Assembly (NCBI GenBank): GCA_036960375.1
Contig: JBALVY010000001.1
Location: 42,293 to 106,292 of the forward strand
Direction: 5' to 3'
Source of the DNA: Pseudomonadales bacterium
Lineage (GTDB): Bacteria > Pseudomonadota > Gammaproteobacteria > Pseudomonadales > CAWVSB01
DNA: 64,000 nt
Below are positions 19,512 to 28,054 of the stretch, piece by piece; positions within the stretch are counted from its first letter, which is position 1, and each line of letters opens with the position of its first letter. The translations under genes and the position numbers were made by a program. Under the pieces are notes generated by a model. That model worked only from the letters and a program-made list of their open reading frames with translations. It was not told where the DNA came from and searched no databases.

Positions 19512-21386
19512 ATGAAAAAAGCGCTGGTTATTGTCATCGTTATTATTGGGCTGGTATTTATTGGTAGCTTGTTTTTCGAAGATACTCGGCAACTGCCTTC
19601 AATGGTAGATACTACCGAGCGCACGGCCGAGCCGTCATCCACACGGAACTCTCCTGCAGGCACCTTTACCGGCTTTGCTGATCGCTATAATACGCAAGCC
19701 TGGTTAGGTATCCCCTTTGCTCAGGCTCCCATCGGTGATTTGCGCTGGCGAGCACCAAGAGCAATCACTACCACCGCCCAACCACTCGAAGCGCTTAGCT
19801 ATGGCTCGCCCTGCATTCAGTATTGGGGACCTCTATCCGGTCTAACGGGAACTGAGGGCGAAGTTGCTGGCGATGAAGACTGCCTGTTTCTTAACATTTG
19901 GGCACCCACAAGTGATGCACAAAGCGTAGCCCAGGGCGACCAACGACTACCAGTGATGGTGTGGATACACGGCGGCGGCAATACCATTGGTACCGCTAAT
20001 ACCTATCAAGGGCATCATTTAGCTGGCAGCCAGGAGGTTGTTTTTGTTGCCCTCAACTATCGCATGGGAGTTTTGGGCTGGCTGGGCCATGAGGCCATTC
20101 GCAATACATCAGAAACGCTGGAAGATGCCTCTGGCAACTACGGTACGCTGGATATGATAGCGGCACTAAAATGGGTGCAAAAAAATATATCGGCTTTTGG
20201 TGGCGACCCCGACAATGTCACTATTTTTGGCGAGTCGGCCGGTGGTCGTGATACTTATTCGCTGATTGGTTCACCGCGGGCTGCTGGCTTGTTCCACAAG
20301 GCCATAGTACAAAGCGGCTCTAATGGTACGACCATAAAAAGTCGTGCTGAAAACTATCGAGACGATACTGAACCTGGCGCAAGCCTCAGCTCCAACGAAT
20401 TTATCAACGGCGTACTGGTCAGGCAAAACCGAGCTGAAAATCGTGAAGAGGCAAAGACTCTTATAAACTCGATGAGCGATGAGGAACTGATCGGCTTTAT
20501 GCGTGATCAAAGTGTCGAGCAATTATTTAGTGCTATCGAAACGGCAGGATTTGGTATGTATTCGTCACCGCAAAACCTGCGTGATGGCCACGTTCTTCCG
20601 CTGGAATCTTTGCTTGAACGGTTTGACGACCCGGCTAAGTACAATGCAGTGCCCATGATATTGGGCACCAACCGTGACGAAGCCAAAGTATTTTTGGCTC
20701 AAGACCCTCGTTTTGTGTCTCAATGGTTTGGCGTCATACCGCGTATTGATGACCAGGCAGTCTACGATCATCACGCTGCCTATCTGTCCGACCAATGGAA
20801 GGCCTTATCGGTAGATGAAGCGGCGCTGATACTGAGCGAGACACAAGACGATGTGTATGCTTATCGCTTCGACTGGGACGAATCTCCGGTTAATTGGATG
20901 ATCAACTTCCCTGCTCTTTTAGGCGCCGGCCACGGCCTGGAAATTAGCTATGTCTTTGGCGACTTCGTGGGCGGCATCAGTATTCCCTACCTTTTATCTG
21001 AAGAAAACGAGCCCGGGCGCCTGGCGCTTTCCGATGCGATGATGAATTACTGGGGCGAGTTCGCGCATAACGGCAAACCCGGTCAAGGCCGCGACGGAAA
21101 ACAAGCAGCCTGGACGCCCTGGAATAATGATGGTGATAAAATGATTGTATTTGATACCGAGGCCGACGGAGGGATTCGTATGAGCGATCTGTTGCTGACA
21201 GCCGAGAGCATCAAACAACGAATGACCAACGATGCGATGATCGCGAATCAGGAGGACTTATGTGGCTTATACGCCACGCTGTTTATCGACACCTATCAAA
21301 CCACAGAGTTTGGAGACTTGGATGAATACCAAAACCTGGGACGTGATGGCTGTAGCGCCTATGATCCTTATGGCTTTACCGAGTAG
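19512..21386 (+). CDS. Type-B carboxylesterase/lipase family protein with N-terminal anchor
   Basis: Nucleophile elbow FGESAGG, EDCLFLNIW and VWIHGGG motifs. N-terminal TM MKKALVIVIVIIGLVFIGSLFF. Confidence 0.85.
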   Translation: MKKALVIVIVIIGLVFIGSLFFEDTRQLPSMVDTTERTAEPSSTRNSPAGTFTGFADRYNTQAWLGIPFAQAPIGDLRWRAPRAITTTAQPLEALSYGSPCIQYWGPLSGLTGTEGEVAGDEDCLFLNIWAPTSDAQSVAQGDQRLPVMVWIHGGGNTIGTANTYQGHHLAGSQEVVFVALNYRMGVLGWLGHEAIRNTSETLEDASGNYGTLDMIAALKWVQKNISAFGGDPDNVTIFGESAGGRDTYSLIGSPRAAGLFHKAIVQSGSNGTTIKSRAENYRDDTEPGASLSSNEFINGVLVRQNRAENREEAKTLINSMSDEELIGFMRDQSVEQLFSAIETAGFGMYSSPQNLRDGHVLPLESLLERFDDPAKYNAVPMILGTNRDEAKVFLAQDPRFVSQWFGVIPRIDDQAVYDHHAAYLSDQWKALSVDEAALILSETQDDVYAYRFDWDESPVNWMINFPALLGAGHGLEISYVFGDFVGGISIPYLLSEENEPGRLALSDAMMNYWGEFAHNGKPGQGRDGKQAAWTPWNNDGDKMIVFDTEADGGIRMSDLLLTAESIKQRMTNDAMIANQEDLCGLYATLFIDTYQTTEFGDLDEYQNLGRDGCSAYDPYGFTE

Positions 21387-21423
21387 CGAGGTGAGTATAC
21401 GAAACGGCCAATACCGCCGTTAT

Positions 21424-22560
21424 TTATTCGTCTACAATCTCGTTGCGCAAAAGCCCTAAATAAGTGCCAAAGCTCGTTACCACATCGCCCTCTTGTAAAT
21501 AAGCCCAGGGGCTCCATAAAGTGGCTATATGGAACATCACACCCGCCGGCGTACCGGTGAGAATAAGAGTCCCCGCCGGTATGCTTTGGCAATCTGTAAT
21601 ATAGACAATCGCCGGCCCATTTTGATACGGAGACTGGCAATCTGCCAAGGCTCGGGCAAGTAATTCCTGAGGGGACCAGACCATTTTATCTGCGCCGGTC
21701 TGTTGCCGCAGGGCTTCGTTCACATACAAGCTCAGCTCGATACTTTTGTAGAAGTCATCGCTGTAAGGGATCACTAAAAGTGACCCTATAGGTAGACGGC
21801 TATCGCCACCCTTGCCAGTCGGAAAGCCCGTTCGACCCATCACTCCGCCCAAATCCATGTCTTTCACCATGGTCCAGCGGTCGGTGAAATCGCCACACAG
21901 AATATAGCCCAGTGCAGCCGGTTCATTTTTCGAATGAGGCGTTAAGAGCGCGGCGCAAAGTTCAACCTCATAATCCAGGCGGCCGATATCAACGACTGGC
22001 GCATTCCAGACTGAGGCGTGAGAAAGCTTGGGAAATAGAAACGGCTCGCCATCCAAGCCTACTTCTTCGGCATGAGAACGATAGTTAGTGCCTGCCGCGA
22101 TGTGAGGATAATTTTCTGCTATTGGGGTACTCAACTCGCTCCATCGTAACGATTGTAAATCGGAAGATTGATACAGCTGTTGCAGCCCGACTAACCCCAG
22201 CTGCTTATAGGCGTCCCGGGCATCTACATAAGGCTGACCCGAAGCTGATACCACCTCAACTGCAAGAATACCGTCGGTACTGGCCTCAGTAACCAGTACA
22301 ACCTTACCGGATAAGGTCCGGGCCAGAGTCAGGGCCTGATCTAATGGCGCAATACTTAAGCCGTCGAATACATTTTCATCCAGCGATTCGTCAAAAGCAG
22401 GCCGAGACAAAAACACGCTCGAAAGTACCGCAGTGAGCATTAGTGCGGCCAATACGCCAATAGTCGTTCTCAATTTTATTGCCTCCCTCGTTAATCGTCT
22501 AGCCGACTGTCGGGATGATACCCTTTTAGTTTGAGCTACGTATTGATCACCATGTCTCAT
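21424..22560 (-). CDS. Fumarylacetoacetate hydrolase (FAH)-family protein with N-terminal TM and extra domain
   Basis: C-terminal FAH-like motifs DYEVELCAAL, GDFTDRW and LILTGTPAGV. N-terminal basic stretch plus TM TIGVLAALMLTAVLSSVFL. Confidence 0.7.
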   Translation of the reverse strand: MRHGDQYVAQTKRVSSRQSARRLTREAIKLRTTIGVLAALMLTAVLSSVFLSRPAFDESLDENVFDGLSIAPLDQALTLARTLSGKVVLVTEASTDGILAVEVVSASGQPYVDARDAYKQLGLVGLQQLYQSSDLQSLRWSELSTPIAENYPHIAAGTNYRSHAEEVGLDGEPFLFPKLSHASVWNAPVVDIGRLDYEVELCAALLTPHSKNEPAALGYILCGDFTDRWTMVKDMDLGGVMGRTGFPTGKGGDSRLPIGSLLVIPYSDDFYKSIELSLYVNEALRQQTGADKMVWSPQELLARALADCQSPYQNGPAIVYITDCQSIPAGTLILTGTPAGVMFHIATLWSPWAYLQEGDVVTSFGTYLGLLRNEIVDE

Positions 22561-22668
22561 TTTGTAGCAAGACGCTGGAATTTTCCGATAGCCTTACTAT
22601 ACTCATGGTTAATCACTGGGGTTTAATTGGTGATTCTAAAGAGCACTCAACACACAGGGAGTTACATT

Positions 22669-23355
22669 ATGAAGAAGTCACACTCAATTATTATACGAAG
22701 CGTACTACTAACAGCCATCGCAATGCCCGCTCTGGCGGCTGACCAAGGCTACTACTTTGGTGCTAAATTCGGCGAAACCGGGGTTAAAGATATACCATCA
22801 GTGCCGGATCTCCTGGATGACGCTGATTTAGACTTCAACATCACTATTACCGACGAAAAGATATCGAGCGACGATAAAGACAGCGCTTATAGCTTTTTTA
22901 TTGGCCGTCGGTTTAATCCTAATTTTGCTGTGGAAGTTGCCTATATTGACCTGGGTGAGGCGAGCACTTCCTATGCTTTCGACGCAATTAATCATGATGC
23001 GGGCGATGCAGAGGTTTCAGGCGCCGTTAACATTTCAACAGAATCGAAAGGCTTTAGTCTCGTTGCTCTAGGAGCATTTCCTGTCACAGACGCATTCTCT
23101 ATTTATGGCAAGCTGGGTGGCTACTACGGCCAGACAGACGGGACCCTCTCTGCTAGTGACCTGACTGAGCCCCTCTCCGGGTCAGAGGATAAAAAGGGCG
23201 CCAGCCTGATAGGTGGCTTGGGGCTGGAATATGCGTTCCGTAACGGATGGTCTATCCGTGGGGAGTACGAGCGCTACTTTGACGTTAAGTCGCCCTTACT
23301 CGAAACCGATATAGATGTAATATCACTGGGCCTTGTTTACACGTTTCCACTCTAA
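22669..23355 (+). CDS. Outer-membrane beta-barrel protein (OmpA-barrel/OMP_b-brl-like)
   Basis: AGGGAG 7 nt before ATG 22669. Signal peptide ending PALA|AD. Alternating beta-strand pattern. C-terminal ISLGLVYTF. Confidence 0.65.
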   Translation: MKKSHSIIIRSVLLTAIAMPALAADQGYYFGAKFGETGVKDIPSVPDLLDDADLDFNITITDEKISSDDKDSAYSFFIGRRFNPNFAVEVAYIDLGEASTSYAFDAINHDAGDAEVSGAVNISTESKGFSLVALGAFPVTDAFSIYGKLGGYYGQTDGTLSASDLTEPLSGSEDKKGASLIGGLGLEYAFRNGWSIRGEYERYFDVKSPLLETDIDVISLGLVYTFPL

Positions 23356-23582
23356 AATTATTGCCTCCTGGTCTTGATGACCGGGAGGCGGTTCACCTCA
23401 ACATCTCTTTCACTCTTATTCGGTGTAGCTTAGCAGTTCCCCGTCCACTTCACGTTGAAAAACTATTGCAGCCTAATCTACCAACTGTTCACTTAGCATG
23501 ATTAACAAATGGAAGCAGACGGCCAGACACAATCATCGTATGCTATTTCCAAACCACATAGTGTTCACTGGAGACAAAATCT

Positions 23583-24779
23583 ATGTCCAGCGCCAAACCC
23601 GCGGTCGAGTTTGACCCCCGAAGCCCCGACTTTCACCGCGACCCCTGGAGCACCTATCAAGCCATGCACAATGACGCGCCAGTCTACTGGAGTGAGCAAT
23701 ATCAATTTTGGGCGCTGTCTCGCTTTGACGATGTACGCACTGCCCTTCACGACTGGGAAACTTTTAGCAATGAGGGTGGCGTTGTAGTCGGTGAAGGCAG
23801 TTTTTTCAAACCCTTCCTGCTGATTATGGACCCGCCTTACCACACCCGACTACGCCGTCTTATGGTAGACATATTGACCCCCAGGAGGTTTACCAGTCTG
23901 GAATTCGTGGTCCGAGAACAGGCGCAGCGCTTACTGAAACCGCACCTAGACAAAGGTGAAATCGATTTGGCTGCCGATTTTGGGGCCCTACTGCCCATGT
24001 CTATCATTGGTCGCTTGCTGGGCATACCCGAGGCAATGGATAAGCAGTTTATTGCCTGGGGCCATGCTATCGGAAATATCGATGGCACCGGCGGTAAAGA
24101 AGAAGGACGGCGCGCGGTCGAGGCAATCCAAAACATCTACCAGTACTACGACGAGGCCTTTGACCAACGACAGCTTGAGCCCACCAAAGACGATGTCATT
24201 GGCAAGATTGTAGCGCTGGAACAAAGCGGCGAAATCAACCGCGACGAAGCGATAGGATTTGGCTTTTTAATTACCATCGCCGGCAGCGAAACCACCACTC
24301 GGCTGATCGGCAATATGATTAACCTGCTAGATCTGCACCCGACTTTTAAACAGGACTTGCTCGGCGACAACTCGCTGATTCCGTCCGCCGTCGAGGAGAC
24401 ACTACGCTATGACAGCCCTACCTATCTTGAAACCAGAACTCTGAAAAAAGATGCCGAGTTGCACGGCCAAATAATGAAAGCCGGCGATAAAATTGCCCTG
24501 CTGTTTAATGCAGCCAATCATGACAAAAGACGATTTGAAGAGCCGGATCGCTACGACATATATCGCACTATGAAACTGACAGGCCACATGGCTTTCGGTG
24601 GCGGCCCTCATGCTTGTATAGGCGTACAATTGGCCCGCATGGAGGCCCGTGTCGCCTTCGAAGAAGTGTTTCGGTTACTGGGAGATTACCAGCTGGACAG
24701 GGAGCGGGCCGAACACAGCTTCAGCACCAACCAGCGCGGCTGGCTAAAACTCCCCGTCAGTTTTAAAGCCGCGCAATAA
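23583..24779 (+). CDS. Cytochrome P450
   Basis: Haem-thiolate loop FGGGPHACIGVQLA, EETLR (ExxR) and I-helix AGSETT. GGAGA SD upstream. Confidence 0.9.
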   Translation: MSSAKPAVEFDPRSPDFHRDPWSTYQAMHNDAPVYWSEQYQFWALSRFDDVRTALHDWETFSNEGGVVVGEGSFFKPFLLIMDPPYHTRLRRLMVDILTPRRFTSLEFVVREQAQRLLKPHLDKGEIDLAADFGALLPMSIIGRLLGIPEAMDKQFIAWGHAIGNIDGTGGKEEGRRAVEAIQNIYQYYDEAFDQRQLEPTKDDVIGKIVALEQSGEINRDEAIGFGFLITIAGSETTTRLIGNMINLLDLHPTFKQDLLGDNSLIPSAVEETLRYDSPTYLETRTLKKDAELHGQIMKAGDKIALLFNAANHDKRRFEEPDRYDIYRTMKLTGHMAFGGGPHACIGVQLARMEARVAFEEVFRLLGDYQLDRERAEHSFSTNQRGWLKLPVSFKAAQ

Positions 24780-24800
24780 ACCAAAACAGGTATAACGGAC

Positions 24801-25295
24801 ATGCAAAAATACGATTATGTGAACGCTCGGCGCGAAGATGTAAAAAAGCTGCCTACCGGTAAAGGAGCTGCTAAATTCAAACGTGGCATGAAGTTCTACA
24901 CCAAGCTGAATGTGTGGGTTTATAAACTGAGCTTCGGCAAATTAATGCATACCGCGATGGGGGGTTACCCTATCTGCGTGGTCGGCCTAACGGGCAAGAA
25001 AAGCGGCAAGCACATTAACATCCCGTTGATTCACGTACGCCACGGAGACAGTAAAATTCTTGTGGGCTCCCAGGCCGGCCTCGATCAGAACCCCGGCTGG
25101 GTCTACAGTGTCCGCGCCAACCCCAATGTGACTATTACCGCCGATGGCAAAACATTGAAATACCAGGCGCGACAGGTGAACGATGACGAAAAACGCGAAC
25201 TCTGGCCGCAGATGATCAGTATTTACCCCGCCTATGATGAATACCAGGCCCGTACCGACCGCAACATCCCGGTATTTCTGTGCGAGCCGTGCTAA
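24801..25295 (+). CDS. DDN/DUF385-type split-barrel protein (deazaflavin-dependent nitroreductase family)
   Basis: 164 aa. QNPGWVYSVRANPNVTITADG...RELWPQMISIYPAYDEYQ pattern is typical of this family. 21 bp after the P450 stop. Confidence 0.7.
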   Translation: MQKYDYVNARREDVKKLPTGKGAAKFKRGMKFYTKLNVWVYKLSFGKLMHTAMGGYPICVVGLTGKKSGKHINIPLIHVRHGDSKILVGSQAGLDQNPGWVYSVRANPNVTITADGKTLKYQARQVNDDEKRELWPQMISIYPAYDEYQARTDRNIPVFLCEPC

Positions 25296-25301
25296 AGCCG
25301 T

Positions 25302-25943
25302 TCAGCTCACCAGCATTGTCCTGATTACTCTACGCAGCAAGCGCTTTTGTTTCTCGATGTTTTCGGGCGAGCTAATATCGCCTTCGGCCAGCGTCGCAAA
25401 CGCACGCTGGGAAAGAAAGTAACCGGTAATCAGGTTAAACATAGCGATGATATGAATAGCGATATCCTCGGTGTCGAGTTCGCTATTGATACCCAGTGCG
25501 TCGATCGTTTGTTTACCTTTTGAAAATAAGTGTTCCAGCCATCGGTTGATCAACAGATTATCAACCGCTGCTTTGTCGCCCTGCAAGGCCTGCTGAAACA
25601 GCGAGGCCATGGTCGGGTGTTCGATGAGCAAGTCGGTCATCACAATAGGCAGTTCGACATAGTCCTGGTAGCTCAGCGCATTACCTAAATGAGACTCCAT
25701 CGCCTGCGCCATGGGGCTTAACGCCCGGTCTAGCACCGCGCTGTAAAGGGCCTGCTTACCTTTAAAATAGTTGTAAAGCCCCGGCTCCTTAATTTGCGCT
25801 ATTTGGGCAATCTCGCGCAGCGACGCGCTCTGGTAACCTCTGGCTGCAAATACGCCCTCGGCAGCATCCAAAATGCGATCTGCAGTGAGCTCACCTTTGG
25901 TTTTCCTAGGGGTAAGGGCTTGTTTTGATGGTATTTTAGACAT
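25302..25943 (-). CDS. TetR-family transcriptional regulator
   Basis: N-terminal HTH RILDAAEGVFAARGYQSASLREIAQIAQIKEPGLYNYFKGKQALY. Confidence 0.85.
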   Translation of the reverse strand: MSKIPSKQALTPRKTKGELTADRILDAAEGVFAARGYQSASLREIAQIAQIKEPGLYNYFKGKQALYSAVLDRALSPMAQAMESHLGNALSYQDYVELPIVMTDLLIEHPTMASLFQQALQGDKAAVDNLLINRWLEHLFSKGKQTIDALGINSELDTEDIAIHIIAMFNLITGYFLSQRAFATLAEGDISSPENIEKQKRLLRRVIRTMLVS

Positions 25944-26021
25944 ATAAATTACGAAGTATTAATTTAATTAACACCAAAATAGCAGAAATCCGCCCCCAGA
26001 ACGACTAAAAGCGGTAAAAAC

Positions 26022-26051
26022 TTGCATTTAAAATTAATGAGTGATAATTTT
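26022..26051 (+). promoter_or_regulatory. Putative sigma-70 promoter overlapped by an inverted repeat (candidate TetR operator)
   Basis: TTGCAT (26022-26027), 17-nt spacer, TAATTT (26045-26050). Inverted repeat AAAATTA-N8-TAATTTT (26030-26051). The region is AT-rich, so a chance palindrome is possible. Confidence 0.3.
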
Positions 26052-26102
26052 TACGCTCTGCGGATTAATGCTTCCACTCCGCAAACCAAGGAGAGCCCAA
26101 CG

Positions 26103-27383
26103 GTGCCCATTAAAGTAAGCGACCTGGTCAATGACGACGCGACCTTGATTAGCCGTAAATGCTGGACCGACCAGCATGTATATGAGCTGGAAAAGAAAGG
26201 CATATTTGGCAAGGCCTGGCTGTTTCTCGGCCATGAAAGTCAGATTAAGAATCCCGGCGATTTTGTGCAGGCCTATATGTGCGAAACCCCGATCATTCTC
26301 GCTCGCGGTAGCGACAACGAGGTTTACGCTAACATTAATAGCTGTACTCATCGCGGCCTGCCCGTATGCAGGGCGGACCACGGTAATACCAAGCGTTTTG
26401 TCTGCCCTTACCATAATTGGTCCTATACCGTAGAGGGCGAACTGGTCGCCATACCGCAAGAACGTGAAGTAAAAACCAAGCCGGATAAATCCGCACTGGG
26501 GCTTAAGCGCGTGCCACGTGTTGAAAGCTGGCGCGGATTTTATTTTGGTAGCTTCGATGAAAATATTATCCCGCTGGAAGACTACCTGGGTGACATGCGC
26601 TACTACCTCGATGCCTTTCTGGAACGCTTTGAAGGTGGCATTGAATTTGTCGGCGCGCCTCATCGCTGGGTCATCGAAGCCAACTGGAAACTGCCGATGG
26701 AAAACCAGTTGGGCGATGTCAACCATGGCCCTTTTCTGCATGCTGCGGTTATTCCACCCGAGGCGAATCAGGAAATTCTAGACTACGGCTTAAGCGCCGT
26801 TACCGAGCCCGGACACGGCGCAACCTTTCGCCTCATGCCTGAAGATGCCGAGGTCGACAGCGTCGCCTGGGGTATGGAAGCACCCGGCGCTATATTGGCT
26901 GGCCCCGAGGTGCATGAATATTTGCGTGAAACCCAGGCAAAAGCCAAACAACGGGTAGGCGACATACGCTCCAGAATGAAAGGTTTAACCTACGGCGTTT
27001 ACCCAAACCTGTCGTTTCTTTGGTCTAACGCGTCGTTCAAAGTCTCTCACCCCAGGGGCCCAGGCAAGGTGGAATACTGGTCGTGGTCGGTTGTACCCGC
27101 CGATGCACCCGATGATGTAAAAAAGATACTGCGCACTAACTACAGCTCTTTATTTGGGCCCGGCGGAATTCTGGAGCAGGAAGATTCTGAAGTATGGTCG
27201 CAACAGTTCAAGGGCAGTAACTTTGATTTTGCCGATGACCGACCCTATTACTACGGCTTAGGCTTGGGCGAGGAAAAACCCCACCCCGAGCTACCCGGCA
27301 TGATAGACATTACCGCCAACGAACATTACGCCCGAGCGTTTTTTATGCGCTGGCGTAAAGCACTAGAAGCGGTGGAGGAATAA
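26103..27383 (+). CDS. Rieske aromatic-ring-hydroxylating oxygenase, alpha subunit
   Basis: Rieske motif CTHRGLPVCRADHGNTKRFVCPYHNW. AAGGAG 9 nt before GTG 26103. The track ORF starts at TTG 26022. Confidence 0.9.
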   Translation: MPIKVSDLVNDDATLISRKCWTDQHVYELEKKGIFGKAWLFLGHESQIKNPGDFVQAYMCETPIILARGSDNEVYANINSCTHRGLPVCRADHGNTKRFVCPYHNWSYTVEGELVAIPQEREVKTKPDKSALGLKRVPRVESWRGFYFGSFDENIIPLEDYLGDMRYYLDAFLERFEGGIEFVGAPHRWVIEANWKLPMENQLGDVNHGPFLHAAVIPPEANQEILDYGLSAVTEPGHGATFRLMPEDAEVDSVAWGMEAPGAILAGPEVHEYLRETQAKAKQRVGDIRSRMKGLTYGVYPNLSFLWSNASFKVSHPRGPGKVEYWSWSVVPADAPDDVKKILRTNYSSLFGPGGILEQEDSEVWSQQFKGSNFDFADDRPYYYGLGLGEEKPHPELPGMIDITANEHYARAFFMRWRKALEAVEE

Positions 27384-27384
27384 T

Positions 27385-27939
27385 ATGAGCGAACTAACAT
27401 TGACCCCCGAACTGCAACTGTCGATTGAGCAGTTTTATTTCCAGGAAGCCAGAATGCTGGATAACCGCCAATATCAGCAGTGGTTCGCCCTGCTGACAGA
27501 AGATCTACGCTACATTATTCCTTCACGCACCAACCCCATGGTGAATAATCGCGAACGTGGCAACGAAGATATGATCAGTGTCGAGCGCGAACTCGAAGGC
27601 GAAGATTCTGACGGCTGCCCAATACGTGAAGAAGGTTATTTTCAATTGATGATCCGTGTTGAGCGGGCCTACAAAATGAATTCCTGGTCAGAGAATCCGC
27701 CAGCCCGCACTCGCCGCATCGTGGGCAATGTGGAGATCATGGCTAATGATGGAGACACACTCTCCATCTACAGCAATTTCCATATGCACTATGCACGCCC
27801 GGGCGGTAGCAATTACCTCTACGCCGGCCAGCGTCGCGATACCCTGCGCAAAGCAGAGGGCAGGTATAAAATTGCCCGTCGTGAAGTCATTCTGGATTAT
27901 GCCAATATTGATTATCCGACATTGGGATTGTTCTTTTAA
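27385..27939 (+). CDS. Ring-hydroxylating oxygenase, beta subunit
   Basis: 184 aa, starting 1 nt after the alpha stop. SnoaL/NTF2-like beta-subunit pattern FYFQEARMLDNRQYQQWFALLTEDLRYIIP. Confidence 0.85.
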   Translation: MSELTLTPELQLSIEQFYFQEARMLDNRQYQQWFALLTEDLRYIIPSRTNPMVNNRERGNEDMISVERELEGEDSDGCPIREEGYFQLMIRVERAYKMNSWSENPPARTRRIVGNVEIMANDGDTLSIYSNFHMHYARPGGSNYLYAGQRRDTLRKAEGRYKIARREVILDYANIDYPTLGLFF

Positions 27940-28054
27940 AATAGAAATCGCCAAGCTTGCGTAAGTCACGACTGGCAACTATTCTGAAGTCATATAAATT
28001 GCCGTGACAGGCCGCTAGCCCACTAGCGACCTTATCGCCCGGCAGGATAACAAT

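Noticed and set aside
26034-26741. 235-aa minus-strand ORF
   Set aside because: It is antisense to the Rieske oxygenase alpha gene, which has unmistakable motifs. It has no motifs of its own.
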